Assembly: GCF_001194135.2 (NCBI RefSeq)
Contig: NC_068994.1
Location: 111,326 to 175,325 of the forward strand
Reading direction: 5' to 3'
DNA: 64,000 bases
Source of the DNA: Octopus bimaculoides
Taxonomy: Eukaryota
Made by a program: the position numbers and the translations under genes. Below the pieces are notes generated by a model. That model was not told the origin of the DNA, ran no database searches, and saw only the letters and a program-made list of their open reading frames with translations. Positions 36,930-50,797 of the stretch are shown piece after piece. Position 1 is the first letter of the stretch; each line of letters opens with the position of its first letter.

Positions 36930-38369
36930 GAGCGAGAGAGAGAGGGGGGCTGGGTGTTGAAGTGATGTGAGAACGGGAGGGAGTGCAATGTTTGCTGTGA
37001 GAATATTGTGAAGGGTTTGACAGAGAAGAAGTGATGAACTGAGCGTGTTTGGTTGGTGAAGGAACGTTGAAGGCTGCCTTAGTATGGAGAGGCGTTGGAG
37101 AGGATGGAGGGCAGAGAAAGTGCAGCGTTCGGCAGCGAACAGAAGCTAAATGTACACCGAGTCAGAAAACGAGCAATATAGAATGTAGGAAAGAAAAGAA
37201 AGAATGAAAGCAGTTAAGTAGATATATAAAAAAAAAAAAAAAGATGCCAATGTATATTTGGAATGAAGCTAGTGATTCATTGAAGACATTTTAGTTGTAG
37301 AAGAAAGGAAAGAAGAAAAAACAAGAACAACTATAATAACAACAACAATATAAATAATAATGATGATTTTTGCCTAAAAACGAACTAAAGAAGTATATGA
37401 AATCAACTCCTTAAAAGTGGAAATGATAAAAGAGACAAGGAACTATTAGCATTACTACTACTACTACTATTGCTACAACAACTACTACGAAACAAATGAT
37501 GAGTAAACAAAAAACTAAATTTAAAAAAAAAAGCAGGGAATCTTTTAAAAGAATGTATTTCTGGATATTTCTCCGTCTCCCGGTGACACTATGTTAATAT
37601 TTGTCAGCGTCAGCGTTTCTGTTTACGATTCTAGCGCCATCTCTCGGCTGATCTATTGTGTGCTATTGATGGCGGTTTAATTTTTACGATGACAAGGGAG
37701 AGGTCAGGGCAGGCGTATAATGCAAAGCCAGATTGTCGGATAGATTGTTGACGGGGTTCGAATCACGCCAAAAGCTGTTCAATACTCTTGATATTTTGAT
37801 CAGCTTCCACTTGTATATTATTTCTCTGTTTCCCCATTTCTACACACTTGACACTCCCATTTGAACATTTGGTATTTCATAAAAACCAAATTTTTCAATC
37901 CCAGAAGAAATATCCATATCCACGAACCTTTCCAAGGCCTGAGAGAGGTGAGAAGAGAGGAAATCATCCTCGCACATAAGACTGGGATCGAATGCTTGCA
38001 ACGGAGTAGATTTCACCAAAGGCATCCAGTGCCCTGGTGTTGGTATTGAACCAGCAAACTGATTAAGTCTACCACACAAAAACAGAATGAAAACGGACCC
38101 TTGAACAGGCTTCCTCGTAGTTTTCAACAAAAACCTTACTACAAACGAACCCAAAACTCCGTAGTTGAGAACCAAACTGCTGAGCCACATCTCCCTATTC
38201 ACTTCTTACATTACGCCACAGTTTAAAATGTTTCACTATATTCTGTTACAGTACTTACAATACAACAGTGGATATATAATATTTAGAGCAGGTACATTCA
38301 TCCAAAAGTGTTTATAGCATGTATGTTTACCCATAGTGGTTTAGTGCTCCTGATAGCCTAACAGAAATA

Positions 38370-39895
38370 AGATCAAGCACAATTCGGCAGGAGGTCTCGA
38401 CAGGTTCCCCGGCCACTGTCCTGAAGATGTGTCTACATCCTATTGCACTCCTTCCCCACTCTGGCTGAGCTCTGGAGGAAATCACTTGACGCTGACTACA
38501 TTCCTGACCATTTTCCTTCCCAGTCTGTTGTTCCGGTTTTCAAAAAGGGAAGCAAATCTCTTGTACTTGAGAGGGTGGTGAGATCGCGTATAACTCACTT
38601 CCTCGAAGACAACAATCTGTTGAACCCCAGCCAGCATGGTTTCCGTGATGGCAGGGATTGCCTGTCGCAGCTTCTGCACTATTTTGACAACATCTTAAAA
38701 GCGTTGGGAGAGGGCTCCAACACTAATGTCATATACCTTGATTTCAGCAGGGCATTTGACAGAGTAGACCACAAAATCCTGCTGAAGAAACTGTCCAACA
38801 TTGGAGTCCGTAGAAAGCTGCTGCAGTGGATAAAGTGTTTCCTGACGAACAGAACCCAACATGTTGTGTTTGAGGGAACCCGATCCAGCTCAGCCAAAGT
38901 CAGTAGTGGTGTCCCACAAGGTACTGTGTTGGGCCCACTCTTCTTCATTATCTACATCAACGACATAGCAGACGTCATCAAACATTGTACATTGAAAATC
39001 TTTACAGATGATTCCAAGCTCCAAAAGGCCATAAACGGTATGGGAGACCGAACATGCCTTCAGTCGGATCTGTTTGTTGTTTCCCAATGGGCGGAAAAGA
39101 ACAATATGGTTTTAAATGAAGATAAGTTTAATTTGATCCAGTTTGGAAAAGAGGAAACTCTGAAACTACCATATGCCCTTCCCTCGGGAGACTCCCCAAT
39201 GACATCCAACAATACCAGAGACATTAGAGTAGTCATTGATAAAAATCTAAGCTGGAGTTCCCACGTAAACAGCAAGGTTGAGTTGGTCCGCAAGATGTGC
39301 TCCTGGATTCTGAGAACTTTCCGGTATAGAAGTGCTCACACCATCATCCTTCTCTACTCTACTTTTGCCTGACCCCCACCTAGAATACTGTTGCCCACTG
39401 AGGTCTCCCCACACAAAGCAACGCATTATGAAAATGGAAGCACTCGAGAGGTCAATAACAAGATAGATGGCATGACAGGTATTGACTATTGGGGTCGACT
39501 AAAAAACCCAATCCCTGATCTCGCCAACGCCACATCATTTGTATGATGTCGAAAATATTTCATCAATATTGCACAAATGATGTTAGCATCATTTGAAAAT
39601 CCACCCAAAACTTGGTCCTCGTACTATCCGCCCACTAGAAAAATCGAACACAGGACACATAAAATTACGACACAACTACTTTAGCTCAACCGGTCCAACT
39701 CTCTTTAATATCAGACCAAAATACGTCAAAACGGAAACAGATCCAATAAAATTCAGAAGTTCTCTGGACAAATTTTCCCCCCAAAATCCCAGACCAACTT
39801 CCTACATCCGGATATGTCTCCAACGATAATTCCTTGCTAGAGTGGGCCATGGTGCCCCATATATGACAGCTCACCACCTTAATAATAATAATAAT
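38370..39895 (+). mobile_element. 5'-truncated CR1-group LINE with a near-intact RT domain (ORF 38443..39372)
   Basis: Reads QHGFRDGRDCLSQLL, YLDFSRAFDRVDH, SGVPQGTVLGPLFFIIYIND and FTDDSKL. The frame continues past a TGA as PHLEYCCPL. Ends at (AAT)n. Confidence 0.93.
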
Positions 39896-40428
39896 GGTTG
39901 AGACTTGGGTGCAACTCGTATAAATTAAAGCAAAACCAGTTGATATATATCAATTCAAGAGCCGATCATAAATCTAATCTGGAGGCACAAAAATATTTTT
40001 CTCTCAGAACATTCGAATATCAAAATATGGTCATTGAATACAACACAAACCAAATTTGGTTTTATGTCTATGGCTGGTCAGCATCAAGCCTATAAGCGGG
40101 AAAACCGTGACCACCGGCAGATTTTGCTTATTTAAGAAGTTTCGGTCAGTGCTGGCTGATAACTTCAATCGAGTGTCTCAATAGACTTAATCAATTCAAT
40201 GAAAATAAGTGAGAACAGTTGCACTCACAAAAGCCTGCCATTCATGGATATTAAAAATCAAGGCAGAGTGATCTATCGAGTGACCTCGGAAGGTAAATGG
40301 TACAAGAAATGAAACCATTAATCTAAATACGCATTTTAATGAGTGAAATAAAAGAGAGATCACTGCTTGATGAAAGCACAGTCATTGTAATTCAGGGAAT
40401 TAAAACTTTCAGGTCAAACGGATGGCAA

Positions 40429-40473
<45 letters not shown>

Positions 40474-42435
40474 GTCAATATATTTTGGCGGTATCTGTTT
40501 ATGGTAATAAGTAGAGATTGGCGAAAGTGTTAAAACTGAACCAAAACAATGGTCCCTGACACACACATGAAATCATTCACTCGCAAAGATATACCCGGTA
40601 GTCCGAATATCACTATTAAAATATCAATTAACCCTACACTTAGGACAGCCGTTGTATATGGGTATGTTTGCTGTGGTCGGATGTATGGAAGTTAGGGTAA
40701 CCAATTTGGCTGCCGTACTGGCTGTCCAAATGCCACACACTGCGCCAATAACCGACACATTTACTCTGAACACTGATGCACTAACGGTAACACCTTATAC
40801 TCTTACAATGCTAGAAATAGCAGCCAAATGATCAACTTTCACCTTCTCGACAATGTTATCTTGGGTATACCACAAAAAGCACGGATTGGTTAGGGTTAGG
40901 GTTAGAACGTCTTTCATTTATAGGTTTGCACGATCAAGGTGTTAACAACAATCGCAACTCTGAACTTTGCCAATCATATCACAGTAACAAAGTAACGCCA
41001 ATACATACCTCGATATATTACAGAAGATGTTGGAAAGAAANNNNNNNNNNGGGGCGATATCTGTATAATTAGAGTTTGAAGAGTTGAATACCTTCTCATA
41101 TCAAGATGGCTTCCCGTAATGTGATAAGATATTGCACACAAGCCTTATCCTTTCATTTGTTATTTCATTCAATAAACAAAACAGTCTGTGCAAACCATTT
41201 TTAGAAGAAAGACAAAATAGTAATGCGTTCTGATATCACCAACGCGCTCGCGTGTGTGTGTGTGTGTGTTTATAAAGAGCAGCAATTGTTTTCTATACAC
41301 TTATGTAGTAGATAAAGCATTAAAAGAGAGGAGGTCGACGTGTCAATAGTGTTTGGCGGCTGATTACATTGACATCGTGTGTGAGCCAGTGGTTCTCTGT
41401 GTGAGACAGTGTGCTAACTTAAGAAAAAGGAAGTTTCTGAGCCGGGCAGTCATACAATTCTTCCCTATTAAATCATCTGCCATCCTTAAATTGAAAATAA
41501 ACACTTCCAGATAGTTTACCCTGTGCCTGTGCAAACCAAACCCATTGGCAACTCGGCCAAGATGGCCAACAGACAATGTATAGCATGTGTCACAGCCATG
41601 TTTGCTATAGCAACGTAAACATTTAGAGCTGCTAGCAGGTCATCGTTAATGAACTGTTTGTCAGCCAGAGAGAATTTGGCCGACGAATTTCCCAGCATGC
41701 TTCCACATTCTCATTACCATCCTTTTAACACAATCAGTCTCATTACTTCTTTCTTTCATTATACTTAGCTTCTTTCTTTCTTTCTCTTTCCTTTCGTTTC
41801 TTCCTCTCTATTATTTTCTATCCCGCACCCTCTCCACCCATGACAACTTCTCCAAATTTAGCATATTTTACTCATTTCTCTCATTGCTTGCCTACCTGTC
41901 TGTTTGTCACTTTTGTGTGTGTACGTGCGCGCGCGTGTATGAATGTATGTGTATACGTGATCTGTGTTGCGTTTCTAAGTACGTGTGTATTTTCGTGATA
42001 TAGTGGGGGCCCTGTCTGTCAATTTTTGTGTGTGCCGGAGAAGGGTGTCTGTAAATGAGTGTCTCTATATGTGCATGTAAATATATGTGTTTATACGTGT
42101 GATTGTGTGTGTGTTCATATATTTACCCTCCATAAATCATTGCAGAATTAATATTCCCCATTTATGGGGGGGGGGGGAGTGAAGTGGTGGAATTCCGGAT
42201 TTAAAAAATTACAGATTTTATAAAAATCCGGCTTAAAAGAATTGCGGATTAACTGCTTGGGTGAATTTATTCATATCCTTTATGGTCTGATTTGAAATCC
42301 TGCCAAGAGTGTCTTCGCCTGGAATCTATAAAATAAATGTCAACTTCATACCGAGGGAACGTTTGGATCAACTAAATTCAAACAATAGTGTCTTCAAAAA
42401 AATCATTTCAATTTTGACCTCCCGTAACATATTTG

Positions 42436-42514
42436 GTGGTGGGTGAGGGGGCCTTTCTAGTGGTGGGTGAGGGGGCCTTTCTAGTGGTGGGTGAGGGGGC
42501 CTTTCTAGTGGTGG
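42436..42514 (+). repeat. 24-bp minisatellite GTGGTGGGTGAGGGGGCCTTTCTA x3.3
   Basis: Perfect tandem copies. Confidence 0.95.
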
Positions 42515-42539
42515 ATGTCTGTGAGTGCAGCAGCAGCAG

Positions 42540-43030
42540 CACATCATCCAGCGATTGTCTGTTGAGGGTCTCACCTGAGTTTAGCAGATTATCAATAATT
42601 GTTTGGAATTAGTTAAGTCAGGGATGGGCTTTAGCCAGGAGAAATCCTCGCTGGTAGTGAAGCCCAGTATTTGGATGTTGTTAGGTGCCGCCCACGATTA
42701 AGTGGGGGAATAATGCGAGTCTGTTGTCTTGGTATTAAAAGAGACGAAACCACATTGAAGGATGCTTTCGAGGTCCCTGTTTACGCAGTTTGGGTCTCGA
42801 TTAAGGATGCGAGTGACTGATGCGCAGTTGAGGAATGTTGGGGAAGAATGAAGAGTTGTGTCATCTGTGTAAAAGTGGTCATTGTTGGACGAAGGGTAAA
42901 TAAGTTATTGATGTAGAAGGAAGAGACTGGGTTACAATACCGTGCACTGGGCACATCGAGGTCGATAGAATAATGGGGTAGAAAGAAGTCCCAGTGTGTG
43001 ATCTGTTAGGCGGTTGTTGATCCAAGAGAT
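42540..43030 (-). mobile_element. Decayed LINE RT fragment (CR1/L2/Jockey group)
   Basis: Reads SWINNRLTD, CAQCTVL*PSLFLL (PQGSVL.P.LFLL), FYTDDTTLH (YADD) and NRDLESILQ..VSFNTK..LGFT.SEDFSW. Confidence 0.75.
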
Positions 43031-43036
43031 AAAAGA

Positions 43037-43295
43037 TGGATGGAGCCCACAGGCGGGTGGAACCGATACGTGGGTGGAGCCTATAAGTAGCTGGAGTTCA
43101 CATGAGGGTAGGGTCCATAGGCTGGAGGAACCCAAAGGTGGGTGGAACCGATAGGTGGGTGGAGCCCACAGGTGGATGGAATCCATAGGATGGTGGAGTC
43201 CATAGGCTGGTGAGTCTATAGGCGGGTGAAGGCCGTGGGTGGGTGAAGGCCGTGGGCGGGTGAAGGCCGTGGGCGGGTGAAGGCTGTAGGTGGGT
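43037..43295 (+). repeat. 17-bp G-rich minisatellite, ~15 diverged copies (TGGGTGGAGCCCATAGG-like)
   Basis: Visible 17-nt periodicity. The last four units are homogenised to YGGGTGAAGGCYGTRGG. Confidence 0.9.
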
Positions 43296-43423
43296 AGTTT
43301 CGACAGCAGATTTCCCTGCCACACAATCGAAATCTTTGCTGTCGTTGACAAATTACGGAGTTGGTCAGCAGTGGATCTGACTTTTCGGAAACAATATTAG
43401 TGGTCGTTGAGGGGAGAGGGAGG

Positions 43424-43461
<38 letters not shown>

Positions 43462-43914
43462 AGAGTGTCAAGATGCTGAAAAAACATAATTATCAATGGT
43501 TGTTTTCATTAGCTTTAGAGATTTCGGAATTGAGTTCAAGATGGGTGTATGTGTGTGCAAGTATGTATATATGTGCGTGTATGTATGCATGCATGTATAT
43601 ATGTGTGTGCGAGTATGTATATATGCGATTATATGTATATACGTGCATGTATGTATGTATGTATGTATGCATGATACATATATTTGCATGCTTGTAGTTG
43701 AGCTTCTCCCTTTAACAGTGTATCCGCTCTACATGGCTAACTGTATATGTTCGCAGTTGTCTGTGTTTATAATGTGTTTGTGTGCGTGTGAGCCTGTATA
43801 TGTGTAAGTGTACAATAGTTAATATTGTTCGATTGTAACATAGTTATACAAAAGAGGAGATTTATTTATTATAGGAAAAGGGAACGCTAGTCTTAACCAT
43901 CAATCTCATCCTTC

Positions 43915-43956
<42 letters not shown>

Positions 43957-44989
43957 GCGTGTGCGTGTGCGTGCGTGTGTGTGTGTCTGCGTGTGACCAA
44001 AGTAATTATACACTTTAAAATATGGTCAGCAATAAATACACAACTATTGAAAAGTAGCTCCTCGCATGCCAGGCCGTCGTCTATAATTGGAAGCAGGCAG
44101 ACGACCATCAGTTTCTACCGTCTGATTGGTTGTAGTCAGTGATAATGGCCGGAGAAGTTGCTTCTCAACACCTTTTACCCACAGACAACAGATAGCAACG
44201 CCTCTGATTTATATACAATCACCGATGCCAACAGAAACGCAGCCTCTACATTATTTATGATCTGACTACAGCCCTCTCTCTTCACCATTCTCTCCAACAG
44301 TCGCTTCCAATGACCATCACACATCACAAAACAACACCGGCACACACTCTCGCATATACACTACACCACCGTAACAATATTGTACAGTTAAGTTCAGTCT
44401 CCATTTAGGGCAGAGAATAAAACTGGAAGAATCAACTGTTAAAAGGTCAAATAAATCTATCCTTTCCTTCATATTGGATACCTTTGCATCTGTGTGTGCG
44501 CGCAGGTATGTATATATGCGCTTATGCATGTATTTTATGTATGTTAACCTATAGAAATGTAAACATACGTGTGTGTGTGTGTGTGTGTGTGTATACATAC
44601 ATACGCACACATATACGCACTAAGCATACATACTGATAAATGTTGTATTTGGGCTCATTACTAATAATAAATTAGCTTTATATATTTTAGAAGTGGACAA
44701 TGTCCAGCTAGGGTTTATGGTCAAGAAGTCATCAGAGCGGTAATGAATATTTTAATAAACACCGATAGGTTGACAAGGCGATATCACTTCATAATCAACA
44801 AATGAATTAGGGGGTTGCGTTTGAATATCACGGTGGTTTGAATGGTTTCCCAAGAGAATAGGATTTATATCGGATCGGTAATGAAGTAGACATGTGGATA
44901 TAGTATGGTCTTCTCTAAGAATTGATGGAAATAACTAGCTCTATAACTACTGTTACCGCTCTATCTTTATCTCTCTTTATCTGTCATAA

Positions 44990-45070
<81 letters not shown>

Positions 45071-45073
45071 GAA

Positions 45074-45152
<79 letters not shown>

Positions 45153-45218
45153 TAGATAGATAGATAGATAGACAGACGGATAGACAGACAGACAGAGAGA
45201 CAGACAGACAGACAGACG

Positions 45219-45249
<31 letters not shown>

Positions 45250-45370
45250 GGATAGACAGACAGACAGATAGATGGACAGACGGACAGACAGACAGATAGA
45301 CAGACAGACAGACAGACGGATAGACAGACAGACAGACANNNNNNNNNNGAGACAGACAGACAGACAGACG

Positions 45371-45401
<31 letters not shown>

Positions 45402-45402
45402 G

Positions 45403-45445
<43 letters not shown>

Positions 45446-45542
45446 GGATAGACAGACAGACAGATAGACAGACAGATAGACAGACGGATAGACAGACAGA
45501 CAGATAGACAGACGGATAGACAGACAGACAGACAGACAGACG

Positions 45543-45580
<38 letters not shown>

Positions 45581-45665
45581 TAGATAGATAGATAGATAGA
45601 TAGAGACAGACAGACAGACAGGCAGACAGACAGACAGGCAGACAGACAGGCAGGCAGACAGACAG
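44990..45665. repeat. Compound microsatellite (TG)n(TA)n followed by ~600 bp of (GACA)n/(GATA)n with GACGGATA interruptions
   Basis: Read directly from the sequence. It is the source of the spurious 237/243-aa ORFs. Confidence 0.97.
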
Positions 45666-45840
45666 ATATCTCCCTGTCAACCATTATCCTCCGTTCTCTC
45701 ACGTTCACACTTCAAATAACCAGACCCAAAGAGCTTTTACTTCATGGCAAGTGTACAAGTAACTCGCTCCTATCACTAGTTATATGATAGACATCCAGTA
45801 ATCATTTAAGGTGCCAGATTCTCCAAGCTCGGTTTGTCTA

Positions 45841-45877
<37 letters not shown>

Positions 45878-46174
45878 ATGTATGTATGTATGTATGCATG
45901 TATGTATGCATAAATGCACACGCAAACATTCTCTTTCACACACACACACCTATATATAACCTCGCTAAAATGAACTAAGAGCAGGAAAGGAGATCTAATT
46001 TAGCCAATTATTCGAAGTAACTGATGGAGGGCAAATAATATTGTATACAATGTTGGAAATATATATATATATATACACACCGTAAGGGTTGAATATAGTA
46101 TGCAAAATTATAGAAAATATTATAAACAACATGTAAAGCATAGAAAATATATCATTATTTAATATTACGATGTG

Positions 46175-46385
46175 TGAAGGCGGCGAGCAAGAAGAAACGT
46201 TGGCGGTAGAAAAGCTTAGCGGTATTTCTTCTGTCTTCGTGCTCTTAATTCAAATTCCGCCGAAGTCGACTTTGCCTTTCATCCTTTCGGGGTCGACAAA
46301 TTAAGTACCAGTTGTGTACTGAGGTCGATCTAATCGACTGGCCCCCTCCCCCAAAATTTCGGGCCTTGTGCCTAGGGTAGAAAAG
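46175..46385 (+). mobile_element. SINE family B copy
   Basis: aaggcggcgagc..caaattccgccgaagtcgactttgcc..ggccttgtgcctag. Confidence 0.88.
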
Positions 46386-46959
46386 AATATTACAGTGTGT
46401 AAAATATAAACCTATAAAAATATTAAGTATAAACATATATATATGTATTTACTGTAAATATGTGTATACACACACACATATTTATACATGTTGATGTATT
46501 GCATGAGAATATCATTGAAATATAAGCAAATTTCCCCGTTTCGCACCACTTTTGCAACATTATTCAAAACCTGGCGTTTTAATTTTGAACAGGGGATTTC
46601 TGGCTCTGTATGTTTTTTTTTTTTTTGTTTTTAATAATTGTCTAATTTATTTTTGGATTTCAATGAATTTGAATATTGCATTGCCTTCTTCTATTCCATT
46701 TCCTATCAAGAGGCGCGTTTCATGAATTTGGGTGGTATATTTCGCTAGAAAAAAAGACAGCGCCCTGGCCTTATAGTTTTAAACAGCAGTTTACTAATAT
46801 TGTGGGCCTAACTTTGAAGGAATCTATTATATCAATATAGAGCAATATTTCGTTAGGTTCATCAAAAGAGCAGTATTTACCAGTATTTAATTCTAGCACT
46901 TACATCTAAGAAAAATAACTCATTTCTACTGTGGACCTTTAAATCTCACTCTTTGATTA

Positions 46960-47150
46960 AATCCTTCCTTTACCGCAGCCATTTTGCCGCCAATATATCG
47001 CAAAATGGATGGATCCTATCCAAAGCAAAAACCGAACGCTGCATGGGGAAATCCCTTCCATACAATACCACCAGTTTCCAAATCTCAACCCCATCAAATG
47101 GTCTCATGGCTGCGTCAGACAATTCCTGGTTTTGAACTCCAAAAGAATTA
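46960..47150 (+). mobile_element. Possible Tc1/IS630-type DDE C-terminal relic
   Basis: QYHQFPNLNPIKW resembles the P.YHPxLNPIE motif. This is short evidence only. Confidence 0.25.
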
Positions 47151-47819
47151 TGTTAAGATAGTACAGGTTTTCTGATAATATAATAATAATAACAGAATCA
47201 CTAATTGGAATAAAACTCTGGAGAATTCTAAAGCTTCGACGGACACAGCTTTGTCATAATAAGCTGAATAAATTTACTAAGGTGCTTATTATCTGTATTA
47301 CGGAACCAGTCGATTGCTGAAAAACTATTATTTCATAACTGAAGAGAAGTGGTCTGTCATACATTCAAAATGATCGAATTGGAAGTCATTTTACTTACTG
47401 CACCTTTCCACAAAGTATTAACCTATATTTTCTGCTGGCAAAGTATAACTGTGTGTGTGTGTGTGTGTATGTGTGTGTACAAATATATGCACGGAGAAGA
47501 GAGTGGGGTGGGGAGAGATAAAATAGGTAAGCCTGATTGTGCGATCAAAGGAGACCATCATTTATAAAGAATTCAAGGTTAATAGCAGAGTTGCTTGAAT
47601 TGAGTCGATATTTCCTTACAAAAGCTGGCGTTTGCTTCAGTTATCCATCTTCTTCAGGAGTAAGTAAAGGTTACTAAATTAATATAAGTTACACAATTGT
47701 TTTCAAAATATAAATTTGTCTTACATTAAGAAGTAGAAAAATAAAAGAAACACAGTTAATGACAAACGGTTGGTGAGAGTGATCAGATTAATAAATGATG
47801 GATTCTGTCTGAGACAATA

Positions 47820-48880
47820 AGGTGTCGGATCGGACAACATGTAAAGATGATAATGACTGAAGGGGATGAGTGAGGGATTGAGATTCTATTCGTTACAATC
47901 ATATAATAGAGTTGCTATCCACTCCACTTACAGTAGTCACCATGTCTGTTAGTCACCGATGTACACGTGCTAGGGTGAACGTTAGTTTAGTGTACTTAGC
48001 AATTTGTCGTAAATTAATCAATGAAGGATTGAGCAGAACGTACGGGAAATTTTGTTTCAGATTAGAGAGAACTTTTTCGAGCAATTTTCTCATGGTGCAG
48101 CAGACCCCGAAGGGGAGAAGTGGTCAAACAATGGGTAAATTTGACGAGTTGTATCAGCGTTTCATATGGAGAACATTTCCTGAGGACATTCCTAAATCTA
48201 AACGACCTTCAATAACAACGAACGACAATCCCATTGTAAAATTTCGTGTTGTGATCTCTCAAAAGAGTTGCCTGAATGTCTGAGAAGTTTTCAAAAAAGA
48301 AGGCGCAAGTTCGTGCCATACCACTTAGAAATAAGACAACAATGTATTATGTTACTGTAAAATTTGTGCCACGTCTGCGGACAGACGACCACAAGCAGAA
48401 TGAAATCTCAGCCAGTCAGAATTTGTTTGATCGTTGAAATGCTGGTGTAAACTTTCTGAAAAGTGTCAAAAACAGGCCCCGGAACATGCTTGTATGGCTA
48501 CGATGTCAATAGAAAAATAATAATAGTCGCCATATTGGGACTGATAATCGTTGTTGCATCAAGAAACACGTTAAAGTCGCTAAAATATGAAGGCGATGTG
48601 ACTCGTCTTTTTGATTGAAAAGGCATCGTTTATCATGAGTTTGTTCCTTGGAACGACTAATAAAGGCTTTTAGTTGGCTGTCCTGAAGTATTTAAGAAAG
48701 ATAAGAGACAAGGAAGAGGCCTGAGGCATGGATAAACAGAATCTAGATCTGACACCACAACAATAATCTTCACCCGTCACTTTTTGGAACCGCATCAAAT
48801 GGCTACCGTTTCCAAAAATTTCTTATAAGAGGGGATAAACTACAGAAGCCAACATGTTCAATGTTCCGATTGATATATAA
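47820..48880 (+). mobile_element. Nearly full-length decayed Mariner, same family as 930-1380
   Basis: ATG at 48021, then KFVPRLRTDDHKQN, NFLKSV, YGYDV, FD*KGIVYHEFVP and KRPEAWIN..W.L.H.N. Faint TIR relics at both ends. Confidence 0.85.
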
Positions 48881-48934
48881 CTCAATAAAAAGGACAACGA
48901 GTTTTGCGAAATGAGAATTGACGATCATCAAACA

Positions 48935-49240
48935 TACAGGGCAGTAGTGAAGAACAAATCGACCCCGGGACTTATTCTTTGTAAGCCTAGTACTTATTCT
49001 CTCGATCTCTTTTGTCGAACCGCTAAGTTACGGGGACGTAAACACACTAACATCGGTTGTCAAGCGATGGTAGGGGAACAAACCCAGACACTCAAACACA
49101 TACATATATACGACGGGCTTCTTTCAGTTCCCGTCTACAAAATCCACTCACAAGGCTTTGGTCAGCACGAGGCTATAATAGAAGACACTTGCCCAAAGTG
49201 CCACACAGTGGGACTGAACCCGGAACCATGTGGTTGGTAA
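48935..49240 (-). mobile_element. SINE family A copy running into an N gap
   Basis: Reverse complement of 15345-15740. Confidence 0.9.
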
Positions 49241-49429
49241 NNNNNNNNNNNNNNNNNNNNNNNNNNNNNNNNNNNNNNNNNNNNNNNNNNNNNNNNNNNN
49301 NNNNNNNNNNNNNNNNNNNNNNNNNNNNNNNNNNNNNNNNNNNNNNNNNNNNNNNNNNNNNNNNNNNNNNNNNNNNNNNNNTGTGTGTATCCTTATTTAT
49401 ACTATATATATATATATATATATATATAA

Positions 49430-49790
49430 GGTTCATCCAAGGCTGGGACTACGGGCCATACGTCCCCTGCCCAATTAAGGATCACAACATATAGGTACAT
49501 TGCAGCATAATTTCTTTTCCTCAACAGGCCCTGCCCTGTTTAACATTGTCTCAAAACTGATCAATGAGGAAAAGGATCCCATCACCTTTAAACGGAATCT
49601 GGACATATTTCTTCAGGGAATACCACATAAGCTACCCATACCTGGATACAACTCACTCAACAAGAACTCCCTACTTGAATGGACCATAAACAAAACTTGA
49701 CTTAAAAAGGATTTAGATAATCCTACCAGGTGGTGCTATTAAGTTAGACATGGCCTGGACCAATATTTGGTCGAAACATATCTAAGATTA
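49430..49790 (+). mobile_element. CR1-group LINE 3' fragment, related to the 38370-39895 family
   Basis: HPRLGLRAIRP..HNFFSSTGPALFNI..DPITFKRNLDIFL parallels 39593-39830. It has a terminal hairpin GACCA-ATATT-TGGTC. Confidence 0.85.
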
Positions 49791-50503
49791 TATATATCTA
49801 TTTATTATATATGTATATAATAAATAAGGGTATCCAAGAGATACCACCATGCTTGAAATAGCAGTCAAAACCTGACTGTAAAACCACATCAGGTATCCAA
49901 TACAGCACAAGGCGAGAAGACAAAAGACAAATAAACGAGTAATAGTTTACTAGTTTGTCTTTCGCAGTATACTTGCGTCTGTACTGCTTTTATTGGTGTC
50001 TATAGTAGTATACTGGTTTTTGTTGTACAGTGAAGGTGTCTGCGGTGGCATGACGGTGGCTTTAGAAGTGTTGTTGATTCGGTAGTAGTGTGGTGGTTAT
50101 TCGTCAGCATCATTATAACTCTGTCTTAATGACCAGCACATCTGTATGATAAAATATGACACTAATGTATGGCATATTAGAAACTGGATCTGTTAAATAT
50201 CGATATAATCACATAAAGCCATGCTTCACATTGTGGCGCCATCTAACGACAAGTAATAAATATTAATCGACTTTTCAATAAGTAAAAAAGAAGCGTTGTT
50301 GACATACAAAATTAGTAGTTCATTAAATGTCCATTTTTTTTCGCTCCCGTTTATAATTAAATCGAAAATTCTAACGAACAAGAAATGGCGCCTCAGATAT
50401 CAGTAGAAGAAGAGAACAGTGGGATATTTCAATTTTAAAACCTATACATTATATATTTAAAATAGTATTGAAACATCTACAGAGTATCTGTAGGAAAATC
50501 TAC

Positions 50504-50545
<42 letters not shown>

Positions 50546-50763
50546 TGTATATAGATAGATATTTACATTATCTAACACAATACTGGTACGCATGCTTAAA
50601 CGAATCTATGTGGACACGAATAGCTGACGCAGAATACTCGCATGCGCGCACACAAATTTTCATCTAATATACTATTGTAGAAGTTTCAGAATAATTTACA
50701 TATGGATGGATGGATGAATACATGCATGCAAATGTGTGCGTGAATACATATATATACATATAA

Positions 50764-50797
<34 letters not shown>

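Noticed and set aside
37705-37772. tRNA-like segment with GGTTCGAATC
   Set aside because: No cloverleaf or acceptor stem; probably a decayed SINE head.
40889-40905. (TTAGGG)x2.7
   Set aside because: Too short for a telomeric or interstitial array; such dimers occur inside dispersed repeats.
43037-43295. Regular repeat array considered as CRISPR-like
   Set aside because: Contiguous tandem units with no unique spacers, in a eukaryotic context with no cas genes.
47589-47659. Possible + exon ELLELSRYFLTKAGVCFSYPSSSG with donor GGA|GTAAGT
   Set aside because: Weak acceptor and no supporting neighbouring exons.
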